Shown in pieces: positions 7,706 through 15,131 of a stretch of 17,442 bases of DNA. The stretch comes from a virus. The notes under the pieces are model-generated. The model had not been told where the DNA came from and ran no database searches. It saw only the letters and a program-made list of their open reading frames with translations. The stretch lies in the IMG/VR virus record IMGVR_UViG_3300034159_000059; one strand, 5' to 3'. Position 1 is the first letter of the stretch; each line of letters starts with the position of its first letter. The position numbers and the translations under genes are program-made.

Positions 7706-8806
7706 ATGATCACGGTATCGTACAAGCCCCTAGCTGCTGGCGAAGACCCGTGGGGACGGGTCATCGAGTCATTCATCGCCGGAGAGTTTCCGCAGGCTCA
7801 CAAGCACACGGAGAGCCGTCTCGACGCTGTCATGGAGGCCTTCCTGTCGACGAGGCAGCGTCGGTTGGGCCCCGTGCCTGGCGTGGAAGCACAGGCTGAG
7901 ATGCGGAAGGTCATCCGGCACTACATCGAGGCGAAGCTTCCCATTCCCGTCCTGATCCCCTTCGGCCCGAAGAAGCCCAAGGAGAGTGAGGGCATCGACG
8001 TCGCCGAGTTGGCGGCGTTGAAGGCTCTCGGATGTCTTCAGCGATCTGTCGTTCCGCACCACGAACCGGGGATGCACTTCCTGTTTCGCATGGAAGACCT
8101 TACCGGAAGGGTTCTGGAAGAGGGAACATCCGGTCTCTGGTCCGACATGTTCACGTACTGTCGGGACTTCAACCAACTCTCCGTGATCCTTGGGTACTCG
8201 GAGTTCATCGAAGTCGTGAAGGAGTCGGAACTCGGAAACCAGGACACCTTCTGGGCCGAGATGGCGAAGGCGCAGTCTGTTATGGAGACGTACCTGACGG
8301 AGAGTTGGAACTCTGAGTCTCCGGCCGACTGCGCGTCCTACCAGCCGCTCAAGGAGCTGGGGTTTGTCGGCATGGTGTCCCCCGCGCAGCGCGAGTTCTA
8401 CATGGACCGATACTCTCGGCTCTACCCGACACTCACAACGGACCAGCGCGTCACGCTGCTCGCGAAGTACCTCGCCTGCTCGCTCGTCCGTCGTAACCTC
8501 GGTATGACGGGAGCCAAGAAGGAGTGGGGCGGTCGCTGCCTGAGCCTGTCGTTCGCTCCACCGGCTCCGGACCAGGCCAACACTGCTGCGGCGAGGATCT
8601 ACTACCGAACGATCCCGCTCGACCACTCGAAGATCCACATGCCTCCGTGGCGCGCGAAAGGGATCTTGAAGTGCTCGGATGACAAGGTCCGATTCTCCAT
8701 GATCCCCTGGCAGGAGGTCGAGGCCGCGAATCTGTCTCCGGGGATGCTCATCGTGCAGTCGGGGAAGGATTGGGTTCCGGTGCGGGCGGACTACTTGCTG
8801 GAGTGA
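7706..8806 (+). CDS. hypothetical 366-aa protein; tentative resemblance to DIT1/PvcA (isonitrile synthase) family
   Basis: GAGGGAGAG before ATG7706; the largest ORF in the window. Local motifs PIPVLIPFGPKKPKES, PGMHFLFRMEDLTGRV and LSLSFAPPAPDQ...IHMPPWRAKG recall motifs I remember (possibly imperfectly) for IsnA/PvcA-type proteins, roughly (LPAFPAKSPN, PG..ICSDGRVF, RLSIHPQP...WLTPWHG). The match is recollection-based, not a search. Confidence 0.6.
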   Translation: MITVSYKPLAAGEDPWGRVIESFIAGEFPQAHKHTESRLDAVMEAFLSTRQRRLGPVPGVEAQAEMRKVIRHYIEAKLPIPVLIPFGPKKPKESEGIDVAELAALKALGCLQRSVVPHHEPGMHFLFRMEDLTGRVLEEGTSGLWSDMFTYCRDFNQLSVILGYSEFIEVVKESELGNQDTFWAEMAKAQSVMETYLTESWNSESPADCASYQPLKELGFVGMVSPAQREFYMDRYSRLYPTLTTDQRVTLLAKYLACSLVRRNLGMTGAKKEWGGRCLSLSFAPPAPDQANTAAARIYYRTIPLDHSKIHMPPWRAKGILKCSDDKVRFSMIPWQEVEAANLSPGMLIVQSGKDWVPVRADYLLE

Positions 8807-8827
8807 AACACAACGAGGAGAGAAGCC

Positions 8828-9271
8828 ATGGGTTGGGTTCCAAGCAAGGTGAAACTCTTGAAGGGGACTGAGAGAGTGTTGGTGAGAACTCTCCAGACGA
8901 CCACCAAGATGCAGCTCACGAAGGTCGAGGCAGTGGAGGACACGGGGCCGTTGGGAGACGTGGAGAGAAGGATCCGGCTCTGTCCGGACGTGGGGTATCC
9001 GGTCGTCCTGAAGGCGGAAGAGGAGATCTGGATCTTTCAGAGAGAGCAAGAGCCGAAGCCCGATACGGACCTCAAGGTAGGCGATGTGGTCCAGTTCACC
9101 AAGGAAGGAAAGGTGGAGGTCACCAAAACCAAAGAGAGGTCGGCCTACCAACTCGGTTGGGATGCTGGAATCGAGGCCGTCGAGAAGAGGGTCCTCGCCG
9201 CATCCATCACAGATGCCGTAGCCGTTCCGTGGTTGAAGAAGGTCTTCGCGGAGCTGAAAGAGCAAGGCTGA
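8828..9271 (+). CDS. hypothetical protein (147 aa)
   Basis: AGGAGAG 6 nt before ATG, 21 nt after previous stop (same operon); Lys/Glu/Val-rich, beta-rich look. Confidence 0.65.
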   Translation: MGWVPSKVKLLKGTERVLVRTLQTTTKMQLTKVEAVEDTGPLGDVERRIRLCPDVGYPVVLKAEEEIWIFQREQEPKPDTDLKVGDVVQFTKEGKVEVTKTKERSAYQLGWDAGIEAVEKRVLAASITDAVAVPWLKKVFAELKEQG

Positions 9272-9274
9272 GAA

Positions 9275-9306
9275 CATGGGCCCGGGAAACCGGGCCCATG
9301 TCTATT
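9275..9306. terminator. intrinsic terminator (between convergent genes)
   Basis: perfect 11-bp stem CATGGGCCCGG-GAAA-CCGGGCCCATG (GNRA-type loop) 3 nt after stop 9271; also lies 9 nt past the end of minus-strand gene 9315..9548. Confidence 0.75.
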
Positions 9307-9314
9307 ACCCAGTC

Positions 9315-9548
9315 TTAGCTCCTGCATGCGAGACATAGGATGATGAAGTACTGCTTCTCTGGACTCTCGGGCCATTCGACGGCCTGGAGTGGTTCGTTAG
9401 GAAACGGGTCGAAAGGGAGCAGGATCTCCCCGGTACGGCGAACCACCGTCACAGATCCATAGACGTTGAAGCTACGGCGCGCGAGTTCAAGCATTTGCTT
9501 GACCTTGAACCGGAACGCACGTTCCTCTTCCGCCTTCTGCCGATCCAC
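9315..9548 (-). CDS. hypothetical protein (77 aa), lone minus-strand gene
   Basis: ORF in track (GTG at 9554); a second GTG at 9548 has AGGA 6 nt upstream; basic N-terminus (RQKAEEERAFRFKVK); no recognisable domain. Confidence 0.4.
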   Translation of the reverse strand: MDRQKAEEERAFRFKVKQMLELARRSFNVYGSVTVVRRTGEILLPFDPFPNEPLQAVEWPESPEKQYFIILCLACRS

Positions 9549-9666
9549 AAACACTCCTGTACGTCGCTGAGAGCCCCACTCTAGAACGATCTGGCTCCTG
9601 TGCCCCTAAGAAAATTGCCCTAGGCCGTCTTGGGAGGACCTACACCCCATTCTTCTTTCGCTCATA

Positions 9667-9695
9667 GGAAAGGGGCCGGTGGGACCGGGCATAAG
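9667..9695 (+). promoter_or_regulatory. promoter-like element GGAAAG-N17-CATAAG
   Basis: bipartite motif, 45 nt upstream of ATG9741. Confidence 0.3.
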
Positions 9696-9740
9696 GCCCT
9701 AGCAAGGAAACGCTGTTTCCATTCCCTTGAAGGAGCAGAC

Positions 9741-10106
9741 ATGTACCCAGTCATCGATAGACTCCTGAAAGAGGCACTCATTCTTCAGGAGACGATCGGA
9801 GCCGATCTGAGCGTGCTCTACGGAACGCTGCTCCCAGGATCTCCCCCCAAGATGGTCGCGGAGGGGTGGCTGGGGAGTCTGAAGGACCGGACGGCGGAGC
9901 TCAAGATTCGAAGGGATGACTTCCCCGTCAACGAGGCAGAGAAGCTGGTGAGAGACCTGCGAGACGCTCTGATAGAAGTCCGCTCTGTCGCTCTCATCAA
10001 CGGAGTAACTCTGTCCTACAGCACTGAATCAGAGGGACGGATCGATGCGAAGGCGGCCCAGAAAGAAACCAAGAAGCCGGGAGCAGGAAGAAGGAGAGTA
10101 TCGTAA
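9741..10106 (+). CDS. hypothetical protein (121 aa)
   Basis: GAAGGAG before ATG9741 (in frame with track ORF 9630..10106, whose N-terminal extension has no RBS). Confidence 0.55.
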   Translation: MYPVIDRLLKEALILQETIGADLSVLYGTLLPGSPPKMVAEGWLGSLKDRTAELKIRRDDFPVNEAEKLVRDLRDALIEVRSVALINGVTLSYSTESEGRIDAKAAQKETKKPGAGRRRVS

Positions 10107-10214
10107 GGCTCTCATCGAAGTCCTAGAGCTCCTGGTCCAGATCCAGGGGCAAGCGGAGGAGGGAGAGAAAGGCGCCAAGAGGCGCCATCTACGCATCATT
10201 CCGGGAGGGAAGAA

Positions 10215-10421
10215 GTGAATTCCGACCAAGTCATCACACTAGGATTCGCACTCTTCTGCGTTGGGATCGCCGTCTATTTGGCGTGGGAAGAAATGAAGAT
10301 CATCAAGGCTCAGAAGAGACTCAGCAAGGCACAGAAGAGATATGCGGAGATGCTACCCCGGGGTCCCAGTACCCGAACCCACAAGTCCAAGCTTCACGTC
10401 GTGCAGGGAGGAAGAGAATGA
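10215..10421 (+). CDS. small single-pass membrane protein (68 aa)
   Basis: GGGAGGGAAGAA before GTG10215; one TM helix (ITLGFALFCVGIAVYLAW) then a highly basic tail. Confidence 0.5.
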   Translation: MNSDQVITLGFALFCVGIAVYLAWEEMKIIKAQKRLSKAQKRYAEMLPRGPSTRTHKSKLHVVQGGRE

Positions 10422-10594
10422 AGCCTGATGTCATCGCCTCCGTAGTAGTCGCCGTGAGCTCTTTGGGCGCCTTCTTCTTCCTGTCCAAGATGATCTCGAA
10501 GGCGTTCAAGGCAGAAAGGGAGTTCAACGAGAAACTGATCAAGAAGCTCGACGGCGCTCGGGTTCCATCTCCCAACATCCAGGAGGAGAAGTAG
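10418..10594 (+). CDS. small single-pass membrane protein (58 aa)
   Basis: ATG10418 overlaps the previous stop (ATGA); GGAGGAAGAGA RBS; one TM helix (VIASVVVAVSSLGAFFFL) then a charged tail. Confidence 0.5.
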   Translation: MKPDVIASVVVAVSSLGAFFFLSKMISKAFKAEREFNEKLIKKLDGARVPSPNIQEEK

Positions 10595-10601
10595 CCTGCG
10601 T

Positions 10602-10630
10602 AGGAACAGGGGGCACCCCTCCTGTTCTTA
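10602..10630 (+). terminator. intrinsic terminator
   Basis: AGGAACAGGGGG-cac-CCCCTCCTGTTCTT imperfect hairpin then TTAGCTC. Confidence 0.5.
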
Positions 10631-10739
10631 GCTCAAGGTCTCTCAAACCCTCGATGCTCTGGCCCACCGAAAAATTTCACTCAGGATGTAGGCATAAGGA
10701 AGAGAGGCCAATACCTGGACTCTTGGACTGGGAGGTCCT

Positions 10740-10988
10740 ATGCCGAAGCCGAATCCTCTGGAGCTGGTTGCGAACACGCCGCCGTTCGACGGCCGTCTGG
10801 CTGGGGACCTGTCCTGGGCCGTCATGCGTCTCCGGGACGTGGCCCTGGATGACGACGAGCTCAGTCAGGCGGATGCGGAGCGGATCTACCAGCTCCTCAT
10901 CTCGGTCACGGTTGGCTTCAACGAAGTCGCCACCAAGAAGCTGTTGGTGAGCCCCATCTTCAACGAGAACACTGGTTCTCTGCACTGA
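10740..10988 (+). CDS. hypothetical protein (82 aa)
   Basis: GGGAGG 5 nt before ATG; CATAAG box at 10693. Confidence 0.6.
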   Translation: MPKPNPLELVANTPPFDGRLAGDLSWAVMRLRDVALDDDELSQADAERIYQLLISVTVGFNEVATKKLLVSPIFNENTGSLH

Positions 10989-11012
10989 CGCCGAGCATCC
11001 CAAGGGAGACAC

Positions 11013-11330
11013 ATGAGAACACCGGAAGAGCTGGAGCGGCTGAAGAAGATTCGCAACGAAGCTGCGGCAAAGATCGCTGACTTCATCTCCAAGGAGGTGG
11101 ACCAGCTCTTCCTCGGCCACGACATGGATAAGCCTCCAGACGATGACCAGCTTGCCAAGCTCATCGGGTTGGCCTTCGGCGCGTGGAAGGGCAGCAAGAC
11201 GCTCTCCAACACCTTCGGGCTCGATGCCTGGACCTTGTCCGATGAGATGAGCGGAGATGTTGCCGTGAAGGAGCTGAAGAAGGTCGGCGACATCATGATC
11301 TCGCTCCACGCTGGAGGAATGAAGAACTGA
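11013..11330 (+). CDS. hypothetical protein (105 aa)
   Basis: AAGGGAGAC before ATG. Confidence 0.65.
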   Translation: MRTPEELERLKKIRNEAAAKIADFISKEVDQLFLGHDMDKPPDDDQLAKLIGLAFGAWKGSKTLSNTFGLDAWTLSDEMSGDVAVKELKKVGDIMISLHAGGMKN

Positions 11331-11333
11331 GCC

Positions 11334-11573
11334 ATGGCCAAGAAACCGATGCTTCCATTCCTCTCAGTTTTCAACAGCTCGGTGACGATGCAGTTGGAAG
11401 AGATGATCCACGACATCGAAACGATGAAAGGGCAGCTTGAGGATATGGGGGCAGAGAACCCCCGGATGAAGCACGTCATGCAGCCCATCGAGTATTCCCT
11501 GATCGGGATCGCACACGACCTGCGCGCGCTGCAAGAGAGACTAGAGAACCAAACCCCAAACTCACAGAAGTAG
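11334..11573 (+). CDS. hypothetical protein (79 aa)
   Basis: ATG 3 nt after previous stop; the nearest SD (GGAGG) is about 15 nt upstream, so the start is uncertain. Confidence 0.5.
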   Translation: MAKKPMLPFLSVFNSSVTMQLEEMIHDIETMKGQLEDMGAENPRMKHVMQPIEYSLIGIAHDLRALQERLENQTPNSQK

Positions 11574-11582
11574 GAGGCAACC

Positions 11583-11837
11583 ATGGCAAGGCCTGTATCT
11601 GAGGTTCGGTTGGAAGAAGCACTCCAGCTCCCAGCGGCGTCTGGCAAGGGGCAGGAGAGCACCGGAACGTTGGTCCCTGTCGTCTCAGGGGAAGAGCTTC
11701 GGGCACTGGCGTATGCGTGCGCTCCGGAGGCTTCGGAGATCAGGAACGTCCGCGTCGACAGTAGGACGTTCTACAGCCTGGTCTCGGAGCTGACTCTGCG
11801 CCGGGAGCGGGATGCACAGGCTCAGGGCAAGAAGTGA
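11583..11837 (+). CDS. hypothetical protein (84 aa)
   Basis: AGTAGGAGG before ATG. Confidence 0.55.
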   Translation: MARPVSEVRLEEALQLPAASGKGQESTGTLVPVVSGEELRALAYACAPEASEIRNVRVDSRTFYSLVSELTLRRERDAQAQGKK

Positions 11838-12034
11838 CTCCCAAGCCCTCGACGCCCGCGAACGGGGATGAGAGGTGCCCTGAGTGCCACAACTCAGGGA
11901 CCTGCTGGAAGTACACGTCTGACGAAGAAGACGTCATCAAGACGTACTGCACCTGTCCCAGGGGCATGGAACTGGAGGACTTGGACCTGGCCAAGTTCCT
12001 GAGTCTCCAGCAGCCGGTACAAACAACGCTCTAG
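11834..12034 (+). CDS. small Cys-rich protein (66 aa), possible zinc ribbon
   Basis: GTG overlaps the previous stop (GTGA); motif CPECHNSGTC...YCTCPRG. Confidence 0.45.
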   Translation: MTPKPSTPANGDERCPECHNSGTCWKYTSDEEDVIKTYCTCPRGMELEDLDLAKFLSLQQPVQTTL

Positions 12035-12044
12035 GAGGAGACAC

Positions 12045-12326
12045 GTGATCGTCAGACTCATTCACCTAAGCAACAAGGAAGAGTTCATCGAACTCCTGAA
12101 GAAGCTGGAAGGCACCCAGCATCCGAGCACCGACATCTTCGTGGAGGTGAGGGCTGGTTCTAGCGGACTCAACATCCTCCACATCTCGGCCCTGGGGTAC
12201 TTCGACGCCTTCCCAACGTTCTTTGAGCTGAAGCTCCCCACCGAGCAGAGGGAAGAAGTGGAGGCGTTCTTCAAGAGCAAGGAGCGCAAGGTCTACCAGG
12301 GATTCGTCAACTTCCTGGTCGACTGA
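12045..12326 (+). CDS. hypothetical protein (93 aa)
   Basis: strong RBS TAGGAGGAGACAC before GTG12045. Confidence 0.6.
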   Translation: MIVRLIHLSNKEEFIELLKKLEGTQHPSTDIFVEVRAGSSGLNILHISALGYFDAFPTFFELKLPTEQREEVEAFFKSKERKVYQGFVNFLVD

Positions 12327-12360
12327 TCGCTCTCCCACACCCGCGTAGCCGGTAGAGACC

Positions 12361-12633
12361 ATGAGCTCTCCCAAAGACAAAGAGAACGAGGAAGAAGCAG
12401 CCGAGCTAGTGAAGGTGTTTCGTGAGGGAAAGTCCGAGATTCTCAAGAAGATGGCTGAAATCGTCACCCAGTACACCGACGAGAGTCCGTTCTCCTTGGA
12501 GCTCATCGCCAGGCTGGCTGGTATGTATGCCGGGTATGGGATCATCCAAGAGGTCCTCAAGGACATGATGCAGAAGAACGGCACCCAAGCCCCCTTCGAT
12601 GCCTGGCTGTCAGGTATGAAGAACCTTCACTAG
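12361..12633 (+). CDS. hypothetical protein (90 aa)
   Basis: ATG ORF with GGTAGAGA upstream; last gene before terminator and the long non-coding region. Confidence 0.6.
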   Translation: MSSPKDKENEEEAAELVKVFREGKSEILKKMAEIVTQYTDESPFSLELIARLAGMYAGYGIIQEVLKDMMQKNGTQAPFDAWLSGMKNLH

Positions 12634-12643
12634 GCTGGTAGGA

Positions 12644-12678
12644 GAAGACGAGGGCTCTCTCCAGCCTCGTCTTTTCTT
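12644..12678 (+). terminator. intrinsic terminator
   Basis: AAGACGAGGGCT-ctctcc-AGCCTCGTCTT then TTCTTAGCCC. Confidence 0.7.
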
Positions 12679-13260
12679 AGCCCTAAAGCAGGCCGGCTCC
12701 TACGTACCCCCGAAAATTCTGGCCTGACACCCCTCCCCGGTCCCGTTCCCTGTTGCACCCCCCCACCCCCTTCTAAATCCCCCCCGAATCTATGGTACCA
12801 CTGTCCCCCTCCCTACCCCCTCCCTCTCAAGTTCTACTAGCTCATCAGCCAGGCGAGGTGGCGAGGGATGACTTCATGTCCTGTTGCTGCGCTTGCGGCC
12901 ATGAGAGACGCGCGCAGGGCCAGGCAAGAAGTACCCTCGATGCTTGAGCTGCCCTCTCCCGACTAGACGGCGGAGCTAACACAGAGGGATACCCTCCGGG
13001 CTAGTCCTACTCCTCGGCTCGTGCCTATGGCGCTGGAGCTGCTGCGCTGGCGATGCCATAGCACTTCCCCTGCTCCTTCCTCTCTCTATCTCCTGTCACA
13101 TGAGTGTCTCTCGAAGGACCATCATGGCCACCTAGTCGCGCCGACATGCTAAGGAGGCAAGTCTGAAATCGGATAACGCGCTGACGGCAGATACACAGAC
13201 TCGCGTGTCATAAGAACGTGGGTTGGGAAGTACACATGCTAACGCCTAAAGGGAGAACGC
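12679..13260. other. about 580-bp ORF-free region, strongly C-rich on + strand
   Basis: no ORF of 60 aa or more on either strand. 12720-12835 is a polypyrimidine/C-run tract including the tandem CCCCCTCCCTA/CCCCCTCCCTC. Imperfect inverted repeat at 13025-13062. Ends in a GGCAGA-N17-CATAAG promoter-like box. Confidence 0.6.
13186..13214 (+). promoter_or_regulatory. promoter-like element GGCAGA-N17-CATAAG
   Basis: bipartite motif, 46 nt upstream of ATG13261. Confidence 0.3.
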
Positions 13261-13524
13261 ATGAAGAAGGCAAAGCAGCAGAGCCAAGTCGTCGCTTGGG
13301 AGTTCATGAAGTCCAAGATCGTCGCGACTCCTTCGAAGTGGATACAGATGGCTCTGTCGGCACAGAGGATGGCCAGCAAGGCTGAGGACGAGTTCCTTCG
13401 AAGTCTGTTCGAGAAGTACGAGCTCGGAAAGAAAGTGGACATCGAAGCTGCGCTCGAAACCTTCTTGCGCGCTGGGAAGTTCTACACGGAGCTATCGAAC
13501 TTGATGAGAAAGGAGATCTCATGA
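13261..13524 (+). CDS. hypothetical protein (87 aa)
   Basis: AAGGGAGAA before ATG. Confidence 0.6.
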   Translation: MKKAKQQSQVVAWEFMKSKIVATPSKWIQMALSAQRMASKAEDEFLRSLFEKYELGKKVDIEAALETFLRAGKFYTELSNLMRKEIS

Positions 13525-13991
13525 CCGCGTCGAAGGGCTTGGACCGTGCATCAGTGCTCACACTCGCTGCCTTCATCCAGGATGAGGAGAGGAACGAGAA
13601 GACGCTTCGACATCTCTCTGACTGCGCTGAAGATGCAGCTAGGTCAGAAGAGCGACAGATGTTGAGGCTGCTCATCCAGAAGTTCGACGCCAAGGATGTT
13701 CCAGAGCAGGAGAGCGTCGCCAAGATGTACCGTCTGGTAAAGGAGAGAGCGATGTTCTTCCAAGCTCTCTCTGAGCTCATCGATCCGATCTACGGGGACA
13801 AGTACCTCGACTGGTGCGATGAGCATCATGACGAGCTCCTCAAGCATCCCAACTCCTTCATCGCCATCAGCATGAAGGAAAGAGTGGTGATCGCTGAATC
13901 GAACCAGGAAGTGTTCTGCAACAAGCTACGAGAGCTTCGAGAAGGCCGAGTCGATGAGCTCTTCGTCATACACACTTCGGCAGTCGTCTAA
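13521..13991 (+). CDS. hypothetical protein (156 aa)
   Basis: ATGA overlap with previous gene; AAGGAG RBS. Confidence 0.65.
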   Translation: MTASKGLDRASVLTLAAFIQDEERNEKTLRHLSDCAEDAARSEERQMLRLLIQKFDAKDVPEQESVAKMYRLVKERAMFFQALSELIDPIYGDKYLDWCDEHHDELLKHPNSFIAISMKERVVIAESNQEVFCNKLRELREGRVDELFVIHTSAVV

Positions 13992-14001
13992 GGAGAACGT
14001 G

Positions 14002-14589
14002 ATGAGCCAGAGCTGTCACTGTGGATCACAAACTCTTCATGGCTCGAACCCGATCCCAGTAGAAGACCTCACGGGGCTCTTACACGACCGCGATCACTGC
14101 GAGACCGTGGAGGAGCTGAAGAGGGGGATCGAAGAGCATCGCGCTCAATCCCAAGCGCGTCCGAAGTTCTACATGCTGCTGAGAAGCTACGCAGAGAACA
14201 GCACTCAGCATGAAGTGAACTACGGCTACGTCTACGGCCCGTTCACCAACAACGCAGAGGTAGACGAGGATCTGGCTCGTCGCCATCCCAACAACAAGGA
14301 CCTTCGAGTGTTGGTGGTCGAGGGCGATCTTCGCAGTGTCCCGCCTTCTCCTCTTGAGCGCCCAGAGAGTGAGAAGCGTGAACCTGGCAACCTCGACAAC
14401 TACGAGATGAAGGACGGCAAGTTCTTCTGCAAGGTCTGCGGCTCCATCATCTACGAGCAGAGAGTCGCGCATCCCATCCACATGAAGGGAACGAACAACG
14501 GCTTCGGCGAGTGCAAGTACGACAACGTTCCCTACTGTCCCAACTGCGACAAGAAGCCGTCGTTCAGCGGAGTTCCGGTCTACGTCTGA
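14002..14589 (+). CDS. hypothetical protein with C-terminal zinc-ribbon-like Cys cluster (195 aa)
   Basis: AAGGAG 7 nt before ATG14002 (the track's 13954 start overlaps the upstream gene); CHCG near N-terminus; C-terminal CKVCGS...CKYDNVPYCPNC. Confidence 0.65.
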   Translation: MSQSCHCGSQTLHGSNPIPVEDLTGLLHDRDHCETVEELKRGIEEHRAQSQARPKFYMLLRSYAENSTQHEVNYGYVYGPFTNNAEVDEDLARRHPNNKDLRVLVVEGDLRSVPPSPLERPESEKREPGNLDNYEMKDGKFFCKVCGSIIYEQRVAHPIHMKGTNNGFGECKYDNVPYCPNCDKKPSFSGVPVYV

Positions 14590-14795
14590 TGAAGGAGACT
14601 GAGGTGTCGGATGACAACGACAGATGGCACCGAGCACTCAAGAGCGTTCGGTCTAGTTGTTGTGGAGCTCCAGTGACTGGAGTCATCAAGAAAGGACAGT
14701 GGTGGGTAGTGGTCGAGTGCTCCGACTGTGGGGCTCAGCCACCTATGAGCGACTGCATCGAGCCAGGAGATCCGCTCGCACGACCTTATGAGTGA
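14589..14795 (+). CDS. small Cys-rich protein (68 aa)
   Basis: ATG shares one base with the previous stop (TGATG); CCGAP...ECSDCG motif; the upstream part of track ORF 14511 is just the 3' end of the previous gene read in another frame. Confidence 0.45.
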   Translation: MKETEVSDDNDRWHRALKSVRSSCCGAPVTGVIKKGQWWVVVECSDCGAQPPMSDCIEPGDPLARPYE

Positions 14796-14813
14796 CATCA
14801 AGGAGATGCCCAA

Positions 14814-15092
14814 GTGAAGAAGACCGTGGAGAAGAGTGAGTTCGAGAAGAACAAGACTCGCGCTAGGATCACCTCATCACGCATCAAGAGGAGGCTGAAG
14901 GGCGGGTTGATGGACTATCTCCTACTCGCTCGCGCTGCTGATCGGCGTGCGGCCATGTTCGAAGACTACGCACTGACCAACCTCCTCGAAGGTGAGCCAG
15001 CGAAGCCGAATCACATGCTGGACCGCGCCAAGAAGAACCTCGCCGACGCTGAGTACTTCCGAAGACTCGCCTCGATGCTTCGGAGTAACTGA
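14814..15092 (+). CDS. hypothetical basic protein (92 aa)
   Basis: AAGGAG 9 nt before GTG14814; Lys/Arg-rich N-terminus. Confidence 0.55.
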   Translation: MKKTVEKSEFEKNKTRARITSSRIKRRLKGGLMDYLLLARAADRRAAMFEDYALTNLLEGEPAKPNHMLDRAKKNLADAEYFRRLASMLRSN

Positions 15093-15131
15093 GATGAACG
15101 ATCAAGCGAAGAAGCTGATCGAGGAGAGTTC

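Noticed and set aside
7769-9277. 502-aa minus-strand ORF
   Set aside because: It lies antisense to two + strand genes that have good RBSs, and to the LacI-like gene's terminator context. Its translation is Arg/Leu/Pro/His-rich low complexity, typical of antisense frames in high-GC coding DNA. It has no RBS.
10677-11309. 210-aa minus-strand ORF
   Set aside because: It lies antisense to 10740..10988 and 11013..11330, and has no RBS or start context.
10886-11662. 258-aa minus-strand ORF
   Set aside because: Its Ser-rich low-complexity translation overlaps three well-supported + strand genes, so it is an antisense artefact.
12868-12966. 32-aa ORF with a GAGGTGGCGAGGG RBS inside the non-coding region
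   Set aside because: It is too short and Ala/Arg-rich to call. It is kept only as a note under the non-coding-region finding.
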